A stretch of DNA of 64,000 bases from Amoebidium appalachense (GCA_963693365.1 CAVNZM010000009.1:3846231-3910230), one strand, 5' to 3'; positions 16,661-39,681 are shown, counted from the stretch's first letter. The notes: a model not told the origin generated them from the sequence alone. Program-made: numbers and translations.

Positions 16661-17144
16661 TTCCCCCCCTCTCTCTCTCTTGCTAACTGCCGTTGTGGGA
16701 AAGGCCGATGTGGTTCCTTGTTGAGTCTTCTAGTCGATGGTGTTTCTTTGCAAAGCATTTCGCATGGTGATTTTGCATTACACTCCTCTTTGCATGCACG
16801 TACATGCACTCTAGGTGACCACCGGGGAAGAGGGGGAGGGGAGAAGTGGGGGGAGGGGGTGGAAGTGGGGGGAGGCATGCTGCAAAGAGGCCAGCAGATG
16901 CATAACGGGGTACATGTGCTCTTTTCAAGCTTGATAGTGCTGTTTTTATGGGTCAATGGATTTATATTGCTTTTTTTGATATGGGTCAATGAATTGATAG
17001 TGCTCGTTTCATGGGATATTGGTCTGACATGTGGCACCAACAGGGCGACCGCACGTTCAGCATTGTGCCGCAGTTGGACAGTGAGGAGAAGCCAAAGTCT
17101 TGTGTGATGCCTACCGTGTGGAGCTTCCATATCAGGTGGGTGTG

Positions 17145-17206
<62 letters not shown>

Positions 17207-17350
17207 TCACTTGGTTTTGGTGGTGTATGTGGCTGGGTGGATGGTTGTGGGTGTGGTTGTGGGTGATTGAATGAGTGTGCGCATGTGTGCTCACACGTAA
17301 GAATGTGCTTGTATGTGTGTTGCGTCTCTTGGTGTGTGTTTGTTTGTGAG

Positions 17351-17393
<43 letters not shown>

Positions 17394-17434
17394 TGTTGGG
17401 GGGAGGGGGGGGGGGGGGGGGCCCGAGCGGCTGT

Positions 17435-17498
<64 letters not shown>

Positions 17499-17651
17499 TC
17501 CATATCCGGTGTGTGTGTGTGTGTGTCATTAATTGTTTGGTTTGTATGTGCATGGGTGGGTGAGTGTGAGAGTGGGTGTAGATGATGGTGTGCATGTGTG
17601 TGCACAGGTGGGGGTGTGTGTGGATGTGTGTTACCCCCATGTGTGTGTGTG

Positions 17652-17682
<31 letters not shown>

Positions 17683-18001
17683 TTGGAGAGAGGGGGGAAT
17701 GGTGGGAGGGTGGGGGGATTTTGGTGCATGCCGTTACATCCTCCTTTCACACGTCTCGTTGGTTTATAATCTATGTTCTGTTTGACACCCATCCTTTCAA
17801 ATATTGTAGAGTATATCTTGTGATACTTTTGCCTGGTGTAGGCCCTGCAACCAATTATCCCCTTATATCCACCCTACATGGCCCATACTAATGTGTGGGG
17901 ATACTAATGTGTGGGGATGAGCAGAGATGACCTGTGGGTGGTATTTGGCCCCAAGGACGGATTGAAACTCAACACCGCATGGACAAAGGTACTGGAACAA
18001 C

Positions 18002-18041
<40 letters not shown>

Positions 18042-18520
18042 TGCCCCCCTTCCCCCCGCGCTCTCTCTCCCCTTCTCTTCCGCTTCCTTCCCTGCATCTC
18101 AGAGCTGGGGCTCCCGCTTCCGCATGAAAACATGCTCACAAGAGTGCCTGCACGCACAGAAAAACTAGAAAATATTGTGTCTGTGTGCGCAACCAAGACC
18201 TAGCGTACCTGTCCTCCTCCCACACGAACCCTCTTACGCACATACCCACACACGCACACACACATTATCATACACACACACACACACACGGGGGCCCCCT
18301 CTCACACACACACTCTAATAAAAACATGGCACACATTCTAACATCCCCATTCACTTTACAGTTTCAAACGGGCGATGCGTCGGAGCTTGTATCAGTCAAG
18401 CAGGGGTTCAAACGGTACATAGCCAACGTGCAAACCATGATGATTTGGCGGGCAGACAAGGAAAATGCCAAGCAGAGACCCCTACGCTACGCCACGATAG
18501 ACACTATCCCTCGGTTCTGA
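8768..18520 (+). CDS. Two-HMG-box chromatin protein with a C-terminal WWE-like domain, about 447 aa. Exons 8768-9085, 9843-10061, 12023-12151, 13233-13302, 14175-14242, 15065-15151, 15959-16096, 17044-17135, 17925-17988, 18362-18520
   Basis: Lys/Glu-rich N-terminus. HMG box 1: [21 protein letters not shown]|[43 protein letters not shown]|EYDEF. HMG box 2: [22 protein letters not shown]|[29 protein letters not shown]|[11 protein letters not shown]-like: VWSFHIR|[21 protein letters not shown]|[43 protein letters not shown]. All 9 introns are GT-AG with consistent phases. Confidence 0.85.
10094..10230 (+). mobile_element. Dispersed repeat family copy B
   Basis: CCTGAGGATGGG.TCTGCTTAT...TTGCATACTTGA...GTACTTCGTACCGTGTTCCG, between two C runs just after the donor at 10062. 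Confidence 0.7.
11682..11892 (+). mobile_element. Dispersed repeat family copy C
   Basis: Near-identical to 1708-1918. Begins immediately after a C run and ends in a C run. Confidence 0.8.
13317..13430 (+). mobile_element. Dispersed repeat family copy D (5'-truncated)
   Basis: ACGCATACTGTGC..ATGGCTGATGTTGCATACTTGAATGTTTGCCTTTGCATGTGTCCT...GTACTTCGTACCGTGTTCCGCATTCAAAC, very close to the copy at 25409-25541. Confidence 0.75.
15332..15450 (+). mobile_element. Dispersed repeat family copy E (degenerate)
   Basis: GTATGGCT...TGTTGCATACTT...TTGTGCTTCGTTACGTGTTCCGCAT. Lacks the 3' C run. Confidence 0.55.
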
Positions 18521-18652
18521 AACCGACGGGTTAACCTTTCGTTTTTGGTGGTTTCGGGTTTGGTGTGGGTTGTTTAACATGACTGTGTGTGTGTGTGTAC
18601 GCTCCAGTGGGCGGGCGGATGTGGGGCAAGGCGGGCGGTTGTTGGTCAGAGT

Positions 18653-18684
<32 letters not shown>

Positions 18685-20144
18685 ATGATATGTATAGGGT
18701 TTACATAGCCTTTAGGAATTCTTATGTACCGAGATTTTTTCACAATAGATTGCAAGGATTAGCACGAAAGGAAAATCCTGAGCACACAGGCGAGTGTGTA
18801 AGATGACCATTGAATTTTGTCCGGGCCTATGGTAGCAGGCCGGAGCAAGCCTTTTATGTTATGTTGAGATTGGGATAGAATAGCGCCCTGCTAAGAATTG
18901 CTTGCAGGTTTAACTTTATTTGTTAATTGGTAGATAATTACGTTTATATTGTTCTGTGGATATCACGTTCTTCCCAGTTTGCGTAAAAGTCTGGTATATA
19001 TGGTGTCGACACTGAATATGGCTGCTCCACGTCAGCAGCTACTTTAGTCACTCATCAGCCCTTACATGAAAATTAATTAAATGAAATTGGCCAATCGGCA
19101 GTGCAATCTGACAGAGAAACCAGACGGGCATCAACTCTGACCCGATCCCCCCCCCCCCCCCCCCCCCCCCAATGACGTTGTCTTGGACCTGGTGCGATGC
19201 ATGTCACTCCTGTTAAATGCACATGTATGATATGTACGTCGCAATCGTCAATGCAATTGGCTATTTTCGCCCTATATCGATGTAAATAATGAGTGGTTGG
19301 TATGCATAGACTGTCCATTTTTTGACAAAACGAATGGGCGAAGCGTCTATACAGGCAGAAGGCTTACTGTGTTTCCCAGCACGCGTACGGCCACACTGCT
19401 ACCGCAAGTGCCGATGGAGCTAAACCGGTAACAGCATTACAGGATATATATGCACCACCGTTAAAAAACTTTTACTGGTGTGGGAACCCAGACAGGAAAA
19501 AAAACTATACGAAACCATACTTGTACTGTCCGATCGCGAGCCGAGCTTAGCAGAAAGTCTAACACTGAGCACCCCTCCAAGCGAGTGGTGGCTCAGCCGG
19601 GAGTGCATAGCTACGAGATCGATATCGATAGGTTATCTGGGGGGGAGTATCCCCGTGAGCAGACCATATCTAACTACACATGTCCCCAAAGGCCAGAAAA
19701 GCACACAGATTGGGTGGGCCTACAGGTATTCATTACAAAATCATATATTACAGAGCCAAACTTATGTCATGAATTGCACACAATGACAATCACCATGAAT
19801 ATCCTTAATATTAATATAGACGCCTACCTGACATTTATGTATCCTGTATAATTATCGCGGTTATATAATGCTAGTTTCCCCTCCCTATAGGCTCCCGTAA
19901 ACACAGAAAGGATCATCACGTAACGTAAAAGAGACTACTGTCGGTCTGATTAGACCCATCCACCCCCTTACTGTGCTCGTGCCGTATATCAGCCGGGGGT
20001 GTGCTCGCAAACTTCTAATAATTATCTATGACAGGAAGAGAAATAGGAAGAGAAATATCGAGGGAGATATATGGCGGGGTTATTAAATAGATATTGTGGA
20101 GGGTATATAATATCACGGTGCATAGACTACAACATTCGGCTGCA

Positions 20145-22578
20145 TCAATTATCACCCCAAGGTGACCGCATGGATCTTACGCAGAGGCCCAAATCAAATC
20201 GCAGTGTGCCGCCAGCAGCCAGTACGGGTGGCAAGTCATCCAAATCCAGCATGAACAGGTGTTGCCCCCAAGAAAACCTTGCCTTATAATGTATGTGATC
20301 CCAGACTTGTGGTGTCCCAGGAAGAGACCTGCACCGAACACCGTAGGACACAACCAGACCCGCTGAATCATCCTCTCCATCACCTGATGCACCGTCCCAG
20401 CACAAAAACACCCACAGGCCAACGCTCTTGGCTGCCTGCCCATCTGCTTGTTGTGCTGCATGAGTCGCCTGGCCTGCTGCTTCCCGGTATTCTAAAATTA
20501 ATCGCCAGAAGTTGCCACAAATAATAAACTTTTTGGAAGAATACTCCATGCCAACTATGTCCTTTGAGAAACGGGGGAGTTTCACCATTTTTTCTTGAGA
20601 AAATCGGGGGCAAAGCCATTTAAATGGCCATTCTTGGTCCGTTTCATCGATGTGGCCCTCGGTACGTGCACGGTATGCCAATAGAACCGTGCTGTCGCAC
20701 ACCAACTCACTCTTTCTCACCTCGGCAATTTCTGCACCATTCATCATTGGGTAGCGAATGCAGTCTTCTACTGCTTCTGGCCGGCACAGCGGAATGTCCG
20801 TCAGCTCTGACCACTTCATCGCAGCCCTGAAAATTTCAATCTCCGGCATATTCAGATTGTTTGCCTCGAGCAGGCGCACCATTATTGTGTCGGTCATCTG
20901 CGACAACAATTCCTCGTCCGCCACCAAAATGCCGAACTCCGCCACCACCTGTTCCTCGCAGTATTCCCGCACCGCCTCGTCGACGCAATAGAACGGTTTC
21001 AGTGTTGCGTCATCGCCTGGCTGCTCCGGTTGTTCCGTGTGGTCGAATTTTCCCCTTTTCGCTGCCGTTTCATGACTATTAGAATCGGAATCCGATTCAC
21101 CATCAGAACTCGAATCCTCTGTCTGTGCTGCTGTGCCCAATAGGATGCGCAGAAACAGATCACGGTTGTCGGCAAATATTGGCTTGAGTTTGATAAAGCG
21201 TGCAGACAGGGCCGTACGGAGATTCTCCATGCCAAACTGCACACAAAATCCACGGGTCAGTGTTACGCACACACACAGGCTTGCATATACACATGTGTGT
21301 ATGTGCAAACGAGCAAGCGAGCATGCAGGAGCCTGCGCCCATGTGTGTTTGTGACATGTACACGCTGGCACGTGTGGCTGCTGTGCGTACACACATGTGC
21401 TATTGTGTATGTTTTGTAAGGTGTGTAAGAGTGGCCATAATCACATAGCTACACCTCATGTGCATGCAGTACTACTGCAGAGCACAAAAGTGCTGTGCAC
21501 TTGCAAAGTGCGTGAGTGTAAAAAGTACAAACTCTTGTATGCATGTGTGTTTTTAGTAAAACAAAAGTTTGTGTGCACACGTGTAGTTCAACTAGTGTCG
21601 AAGCCACGCACCTTATCTGCAGCGTTGATCATGTGCACACAGTCCTCGGCACTGACGGGGCCTTTCAGGCCGTACACGGACCGCACAATCAGGCCCAGCG
21701 TCTCCGCATCGGTCTCGTGGATTTGAATCACCTTTTGCCCCTCCTCAAGAAACCCCTGCCCACCAAGCAGGGCCTCCCACACATCCCCTGCCCCTGCCTG
21801 TGGGTGAACAAGCCAGCACCGTGAGAAACAGACCCCCCTGCTAATGAAATTTCTGGTCTTGCAAAAGTGAGATGCACGGGGTAGGAGGCAACAAATGCAA
21901 CAAAAGGAATACCACACTATTGGACGACACAACTTGTCAATGATACATACATATGCAAGGATAGTGCACCAGGGTATCTGTTTGCCCGCACCCACTGCGC
22001 TTGAGGCCAGCACGGGGAGTGATACACCAGGAGCCACGAGAAGAAGACGTGCACCCATCCGCGGCGGCAGGGGAAGTGGGGGGGGGGGGGGGGGAGGGGG
22101 GGGGGGGGGGGGACAAGGGGGAGATGTGGAAGGCGAACCGAACGTGTGTGTGAGAGAGTTTAAGGCTCAACCTTGGGGTGAAGGGATGGGGGGGGGGGGG
22201 GGGGGGGTATATCAGAGAAAGGAGCAAGCGGGGGAGGTAAGACTTCCAAAACAAACAGGGCAACCAGGGGAGGAGGGAGGGGGGGGGGGGGGGGGGGGGG
22301 GGGGTAGGTAGGCGAGGGATAAAGGCGCAGGTGGGAAAAAGAAAGAAGGGGAGGATGGGTGATTGAGGACGAGAGGATAACCAACAAAACGGGTGGGCAA
22401 GGTGGGGGCTAGAGAACATCGGAGCAGGGGGAGGAGGGGGGAGGGGGGAGAGGGGGGAGGGACAAGAAGAGTTGTTGGGAAGTGAACGGTTTATCCGTGT
22501 GGTCACCTAAGGTGCGTATGGTGCGGAATGGTGGGTTTGGGTGGGTTGGGGTTGGGGAGGGGGGGAGAGCGGGCGGCA

Positions 22579-22631
<53 letters not shown>

Positions 22632-23041
22632 AAAGAAGAAAGGTAGAGGAAGCGTGTGTGCGGCGGCGGGGGTAGGGGGAAGGGGGGAGGGGGGGAGAAG
22701 GAGGGGCTGCAAGAGGAGGATTGGGTAAACGGCATAAGGACTGTGAGAGAAAGAATAGAGAAGAAGCAAGGAGGAAATGAGGGAGGTTCTGTAGGGGATG
22801 CTGCATGCAAAAGAGAGAAAAGAGAGGACTTTAATCAGTAATTGCGAAGAGGGCGGGGGAAAGTCGAAGAGAGGAACAAAAAGCACCACTAGAGCAAACA
22901 CAAATTATCCAGGGGGGGCAAAAGGGGGGGGGGGGGGGGATATCATTTGTTTTTCAACACGTGTTCATCTGTTTGTCACCGTTACTAGGGTTGTAAGTAT
23001 TGAGCAGGTGAAAGATGGAGGGGGAAGGGGCAAGGGGAGGG

Positions 23042-23075
<34 letters not shown>

Positions 23076-23390
23076 CCGTGAATGCAGGAACTCATTTCGC
23101 TAGTGTGCCAAAGCCTCTGAGAGAGGAGGGTTTTGAGAGGGAGAGGGAGAAGGGGGGGGGGGGGGAGGGGAGGGGGGAGGGGGGGGGGGGGGGAGGGAGA
23201 GGGGAGAGGGAGGGGGAGAGGGAGAGGGAGGGGGGAGGGGGAGGGGGAGAGGGGGGAGGGGGAGGGGGAGAGTGGGGAGGGGGGGGGGGGAGGGGGAGGG
23301 GGAGGGGGAGGGGGAGGAGGAGGGGGGGAGGGAGAGAGAGAGAGAGAGAGGGGGGGGGGGGGGGGGGGGGGAGAGGGGGGGGGGGGGGGG

Positions 23391-23453
<63 letters not shown>

Positions 23454-24274
23454 CTAACAAAACGAGGTGGATATATGGACGGATACAGGCCTAAAACGAG
23501 AAAGGAAGAGGGAAGAAGCTGTGTGAAAACATCGCCTCCAAGAAGTCAAGAAGAATGGAGACGAACACAAGCTAAGGCGGTGTGTGTGTGTGCAAGTTGG
23601 GGGCGACCCCTGATCATTCGCACACTCTTGTGTATGTTGTGTGGTTAGAGCCGTCGAATGAGACAGTGGGTAGTTAGGAGCTTGTGTTTGTGTGTTGTCT
23701 TCAGGGGGCGGGCGGACGTTGGGGGAGGGGGGAGGGGGGGGGAGAGGGATGGTGAGGGCAGCAGGGTAGACAGAGGCTAGGAGCTCAGGGTACTCCTACA
23801 GGGATCTGTCATGTGAGAAAGGAGGGTCCACGTTGTGTGTGTGTGTGTGTGTGCGCGCGTGCGCGTGCGCGTGAGTTTGTGTGTGTTCGCGCATGCGTGC
23901 GTGTGTACATGTGTATGCACGCACGGTTGCGAGTTCGTTCGTGCACGGCCCGAGTGGCACTTGTGCTTACACCGCTTTTTGATGCACGGTATGCGCATGC
24001 ATATGTGCACGAGTGCGTGCAAGTGTGTGCTTGCGTGCACGCGTACGTGCAAGCGTGTGCGCGCGTGTAATTGTGTGCACGTGTGTGCGTGTGCCTACAG
24101 GAGGATGGAAGGAGGGAGGGTGCTTGCCATGATAACGCGGTGGACGTTGAAGTCACGCGGCGTGCCGTCACGGGCCACAGCCTGCAGCGTGACGTCACAC
24201 AGGCGGCCCTCCTCGTAGTAGCGCCCATAACGCGTACCCTTGCAAAACAAGTTGGCTGACGCAAAAAAAGACAT
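20145..24274 (-). CDS. BTB/POZ-BACK-MATH-like protein, paralogue 1, about 474 aa. Exons 24274-24128, 21797-21612, 21236-20145
   Basis: LCDVTLQAVARDGTPRDFNVHRVIM|AGAGDVWEALLGG..FLEE.QKVIQIHETDAETLGLIVRSVYG...HMINAADK|FGMENL (BTB). LLEANNLNMPEIEIFRAAMKW...CIRYPMM (BACK). SSKKFIICGNFWRLILEY...LWVFLCW (MATH/TRAF-like). Intron 1 is GC-AG. Confidence 0.85.
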
Positions 24275-24767
24275 GGCTGGAAACGTGCTCTGTGAGTGTG
24301 AGCGTGGTGTTGTTGCTTCTAAGGATTGGTTGGTTGCACCGTGCTAGCTCCCAACTTCCAAGCGGTTCAATTAGGAAAAGAACGAACCGTTCAGGCGATC
24401 AGCCCGCAGTGCTGTCAACTTGATATTAGTTAGCCGCGGTGGCCCACACACGTTGCATCATGGCGGCCGCTGTGGAGGCCGCGAAGTTGTATGGCATACG
24501 GAGTTACGGTACGCAGTGCGAAAGGAGTGGCAGAGCCCATGGCCTTGCAACTGTGAAAACTGAAAGGGAAAAACACCCGAGGTTTCCATTTTCTTGCGGA
24601 GATTAGATGATTGGCACAACGAGCGCGCGCTTTTTGAGTCGCTGACAGTGTCATACCGCAAGCTGAGTCCGCACCGGCTTACTCAGAACTCCCGCCAAGT
24701 TAAGTCAACAGTACTAGTGAAGCATGCGCAGTTCATCCTCAGTATAACACACTGCACGTTTCCAGCC

Positions 24768-30504
<5,737 letters not shown>

Positions 30505-30932
30505 CCATGACGCAGATACAACGGTTACCTCGTGGCGATATATATTATTTAAAGTGATGATGCATGATATGTGTTCTTCCTTTTCTCATAACATGCTTTT
30601 TCCATTTTCAGAGCAAAATTTGAGCGCGTTTTGAAACATGTCGTCATACACTATGATCTTTGGGTAGAGACATGAGTACTATTTGTTTCACCCGGTGATT
30701 ATTCTTGCTATTTAGATTTTGAGAGGGATGTACTGTTTTTCAATGACGGCGGTATGCGGATGTGCACATGCATAAGATTGTAAGCGCAGTACAAGGTTTA
30801 GCATTTATATCATGAAAGTAGCCTAAGCATCAGTTGCGAAATTGGATATGTACCTAGGATTAATTGCATGGGAGAATGACCTTCTTCCTCTTACAGTCTA
30901 CAGATGCTGTCCGACAATTTGAATACGGATGT

Positions 30933-30983
<51 letters not shown>

Positions 30984-31417
30984 AAAAAAAAAAAAAAAAG
31001 AAAAGCAAAAAGAAAAGAAAGAAAGAAAAAATGGGGCGTAGTTTTTTTGGACAGTCACTGTCATGTACTTAATGGCTTCTCCGGGGGGCCGGGCCGGGCC
31101 AGTCCGACAATATATAAGAACATTCCAAAGTATGGCCGCAGTGCATGTACATGGTTGGTCCACAATGTTGTGCAGCGGCTTTTTAAACAGATAATGAGGT
31201 CTACTTTCAACCCGTACTAGTACTCCCTCTACAATAGTACTCTTTCACAGTAAACTTGATTTCCGAGTACTGATTTCGCTGGCTAGCTGTTTCGAAAATT
31301 ATTTGAATGGTGCACTTAAGTACTATGATGCATCGATTGGCTGCATGCGCAAGCTCGGCAAGAAGTCTACAGAAACACTTATAACCTCATCACAAGAAGG
31401 TGGGAGGAGGGAGGGGC

Positions 31418-31451
<34 letters not shown>

Positions 31452-31525
31452 ATCAAGTCTATGTGCCAGCTGGCTACGGTTTCACCAGAACGTCTCGAGG
31501 AGGGCCGCTGTAGCAGGGGGTCCCG

Positions 31526-31606
<81 letters not shown>

Positions 31607-31734
31607 AGAGTGGTAGCTGGCGGTGGATACCAAAGGATAGATACAGCTTATGATTGGTGGTTATAAGTCCAACAATATCGTTTTTTTTCCCCCTACACAT
31701 TAGCCAGCTTGCATAGTTAAGAGTACTACATGCA

Positions 31735-35338
<3,604 letters not shown>

Positions 35339-35913
35339 GTCTGCTTGGAAACCTAGAGGAACAAGTCGTAAAAAGTTTGAATGTCGCAGCACGACTAAAC
35401 TTGTGAATCTTGCATCAATTTTAGATCTACTGCGTAGGTTGAGCCTTTTGATAAGCTACTAAACAGGAAAAGCAAGCCTACTGTATACATACATCGGAGC
35501 TCTTGCGTCTTCACCTGTCTTCACGTGTGTCTTTATGCGAGTTGCACGTTCGAAGCTTTGTCCCGTACGTACTCGCGTGTCTCGCTGTAAGATGCTACAC
35601 CCGAGGTTTGCCTTTTCGCGTACCTCGGGAATAACTGAGGAATCATCAAAAGCTTTTCATCAAGCGGCTGAATGAAGTTGCTGCAAAACCAAGGCCTCCT
35701 ATAAACTAACATGCAAAACACAAGACCAACATCAGCAACTAGCAAGCATTTCTTTCAAACATAGCCCCGCCCTCTAGAAAAAGAAGACTATTACAACAAA
35801 CAGTAGCCGAGAAAACCTTACGGAAATCTTTGTGGGATCTTTTGCTCCGTTTTTTACACCTTTGCTTGCTGAAATCCTAACAACCGGAGCCACAGGCTCG
35901 AAACAAGCCTAAG
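35339..35913. promoter_or_regulatory. Probable bidirectional promoter and 5' UTR region between the DUF501 (-) and ZFYVE19-like (+) genes
   Basis: 575 bp of microsatellite-free DNA between divergent start codons. Inferred from geometry only. Confidence 0.45.
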
Positions 35914-37975
35914 ATGTCGATGTCTGGAAAGTGTACCATTTGTTTCCAAGCTTACGGGTTCCTCAGAAAAGAGGTGGGTGTGAGCATTGGTGCTTCTTTT
36001 TGTACACAAGCTATTTCACAATTCTGGTTGAGGCAGAGAAGTGAGCCTAACGGGTCATCTTGGGTCAGTGGGAGGTGGGGAATGGAGTCGTGACAAGGTG
36101 GTTGGCGGAAGGAGGAAGGGGCAGGCTAGTGGGCGGGTGGGTGGGCAGGGGGAGGAGGAGGAGGGAGGCGGGGGAAGGGGGGGGGGGGGGGGTAGAGGGG
36201 GGTATTATGCAGGTAAGAAGGAGAGGGAGCAAGCGAAATGGGCAATAGGGGAGTGGGAGAGGAGGGAGGGCGGAAGGTACAATGGTAGGTATGTTAGTAG
36301 AATTTGCTATAAGCTCCAAGAGAAACCATGATGGACAATTCAGGATTTAGAAAGAAAGCATGGAGTGTTTGACGTGACAGAGCTTAGAGACAGGGCGTGT
36401 TGGAAGGGGTTTTCATTAATGATTTTAAAAGGTGTGGGGACAAGGGGGAAAGCGCAATAGAGGGTCACTCGTGCACACACACAGACACACATACACACAG
36501 AGAGAAGTACACACGAACACACATACAAACACAATCCAAAGGCTGACCTGTTTCTTCCTCTATCCGCCTTCAACCCACACACAGACCCTATCATGTACCT
36601 ACATTACCCACACCAACACACCAATCAGTTATCAGTTAGTCATCACAGTTATCACTGATTACAAGCCGTCAAACATCCCTTATTCCGCTTCAGTTGGAGC
36701 ATGGTTGGTGTGCAGACGTAAGGAGGCAAAGATCTCCGTGTATTGTGGGGCAGAATGTGTGTGTGTGTGGGGGGGTGGGGGGGGGGGGGGGGGGGGGGGG
36801 AAAGAAGGGGAGGGGGGAGGGGGTGGAGTGGGGGAGAGCTGTTCCTGTCCCCGGTGGTTCCGTGGTTTCGGTGTGTGCAGGGGGGGGGGGGGGGGGGGGG
36901 GGGGGGTGTAGAGAGGGATGGGGGGGGGAGGAATCCGAAAAGAAGAAGCATTTTTCACGGCGAGTTACTTCAACAATTCCCTTTCCACCTGTCGGTTGAT
37001 AGAGTAACTCTTCACTCTTGCTGTTGTCCTCCCAATCCTCACTTTGAGCTAAACACATCCACATCCTTTCCGATGCTACGAACACATAACCTGATTCTAA
37101 CTGGGACACACTCGCAGCTAGCCTGCCCCGTATGTCGCCACTCAGTCTGCAACAAATGTGTCGACAATGTTCCCCTCATGTCGAACCCTAACGCAAAGGT
37201 GCTGGCATGCAGACCGTGTGCGCGAAAAATGGAGAAGTAGGTGGCTCTTCCGTTTTTTTCGAAGCCCCCCCCCCCCCCCCCCCTCTCTTTTTCCTGGGGG
37301 GGGGGGGGGGGGGGGATGTGTGCGTGTGTGTGTTGGGGGGAAGGGGAAGGGGGGGGAGGGTACTCTGGTGTGGGTGCCCCATCGTAAGGTACCCCGAGTT
37401 GTAACGGTGGTATGTGTGTTCTGTTTTACTATGATACGTGGCATGTCAATTTACCCTCTGAATTATACGGGTAGCTATGTTTGTTGTGGTTGCAGTTATG
37501 GGCATGTCGATTTCTTCTTCTGTTTTTGTTGGTGTTTATTTGTCGTGTGTAATAGAATAGATGTTAATTTTTCCCTCGATTTTTCAACTGTTGCTGTGTA
37601 AATGTCGTGGTCGTCCTACAATAGGCATGTACTTTTTTGGGTTTCTCATCAGAATCGTGTAAGTGCTAGTGTTTATCTTTTCTGCATACATAGAGTCCGT
37701 CCAGTAAAAAAAATGAAAAAACGGCTTCTCCCCTCAACTGTCATCCATTCAGACATCACAGCATATTAAGTGCACTGCCTGTGCAAAGTTGCGGCACATC
37801 CAATCAGAGTCGTCATATATGTGTTGTGTGTCTCTTTCTTTCGTTCCCTTTTTCCCAGAGCACAGCAAGAGAAGAGAGCAGAGAAAGAGCGTAGAGAGGC
37901 AGAGGAAACCGAGAGGAAGATTCGTGAGATCCAGGCAAGAATAGACCAGAAGAAATCAGAGGCCGACAGACGTAC

Positions 37976-38023
<48 letters not shown>

Positions 38024-39528
38024 ACACACACACGCGCACACACACAAACCCACACATTCACACACCACGCGTGCACGTAGGCACGCACACACACACACAA
38101 AACACACACACGCACATACACAACACCAAAGTGCGCGCACCCAGATGCATACACACATGCACCAACACACACACGTGCACACACACACACACACACTCAC
38201 TCACACGCATGGGGTAACCAAAACCAGCACTATGCTCAGCTCAGGACCTAGATTTAGAATGCCCATCGCAAACATCTCTTCCCTAATTAGGCAATTCCCT
38301 TATTAGGTAGCCCTTGCACCCATACTGCCACAGTCTCTACTGATCATTACATTCATAGTTCTTATCAATCCTTAAGGAGACTCGGGGATGGTTTTCAAAT
38401 AAAAATTGGGGGTGCACAGCCGATCAAGATCGACCAAATTCCATTATTGATCCAGTCGGTCAATCGAGGCCGGAAGGTCCGAAATTTCAACTTTCAATAT
38501 AAACCCCATCTCATTTGTGAGAGAATTCACACAGAAACCGGAGGCGAAAATGAAATTTTGATTTAAAGTGGGGGTTGGTTAGTTAGGATTTATGTATGTC
38601 TACCAGTGAAAAAATCTGGTTCGAGCTGCCCGTTATCGCTGAGCGTAAGCATATATGGAGGGGGTAGAAATCGATTTTTCCGAGGGCTGACACATCAACA
38701 TCCATTATGTAATTACCCCCCACTTTATTAGTAGCATATTTTTTTTCAGGGCAAGTTTCTGCGTGAATTCTCTCACAAATGACATCGGGTTAATATTGAA
38801 AGTTGAATTTTCGGACCTTCCGGCCTCGATTGACCGACTGGATCAATTATCGAATTTGGTCGATCTTGATCGGGCTGCGCACCCCCAATTTTTACTTGAA
38901 AACCATCCCCCAAGTCTCCTTAACAACCCACCCACCCACCCATCTCCTGCTTAGCTGAGACAAAATTTCACAGAGAAAGAGGGCTAACATCTTTAAATTA
39001 CTGAAATTCCTCACATTCCTCGAATTCCACAGTTGAGCGCATGTTGATAGCCGCAGGACCCGACAAACCTGCACCCCAACCAATACAACCCACCACCACG
39101 GCGCCCGTCACAACAACTCCCATTCAAACACAAGCGCATTATTCCTCTACCCACGAAATTTCACCTTCCGCAAAAGCCCCATCACCAAGCACACACCCGT
39201 CTTCTGTTATAAAACCCCGCTTTTCGTCGGGTAATCAAGGGAGCGCTCCCCCACCCTTACCGCCGCGTTTGAAAAAAAGACAGACGGAAAGCGGTGGAAA
39301 TTTGGCACCATCGACAAATTCACCTCCTCCGGCATATGAAAACGCGATTAGAAGCGCGGAAAATGAGAATGAGGGGAAAGAAACTCCCGAGGTTGTGGGT
39401 TTGGTTCTGCCTTCGGTGCCTACACATGGGGGGGATGATGCGGGGGATGCAAATGCTAGTAGGTAGGTGTGTTAGGTGTATGGGGAGGGGGGGGAATTTG
39501 GGTCTGAAGCATGAAATTATTAGGTTAG

Positions 39529-39564
<36 letters not shown>

Positions 39565-39650
39565 GGGGGGGTACGATGGGAGGTAGTAGGTGTGTATAGC
39601 AGGTAAGTGGGTGGGGTGAAGATGAGTGTGGGTGGATTTGCTTTGGGGAA

Positions 39651-39681
<31 letters not shown>

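Noticed and set aside
19383-19432. GCGTACGGCCACACT...CCGAT..GGAGCTAAA, faintly like the 5' end of 5S rRNA
   Set aside because: Too short, internally deleted, and lacking box C and the 3' half.
19580-19632. TGGCTCAGCCGG A-box-like motif (tRNA or SINE head)
   Set aside because: No cloverleaf, no proper GTTCRA B box at the right spacing, and no second copy in the window.
35533-35745. Upstream ORF as a possible N-terminal targeting exon of DUF501
   Set aside because: Its best donor (CCGAG|GTACGC) is phase 2, while the acceptor before the ATG needs phase 1. More likely 5' UTR.
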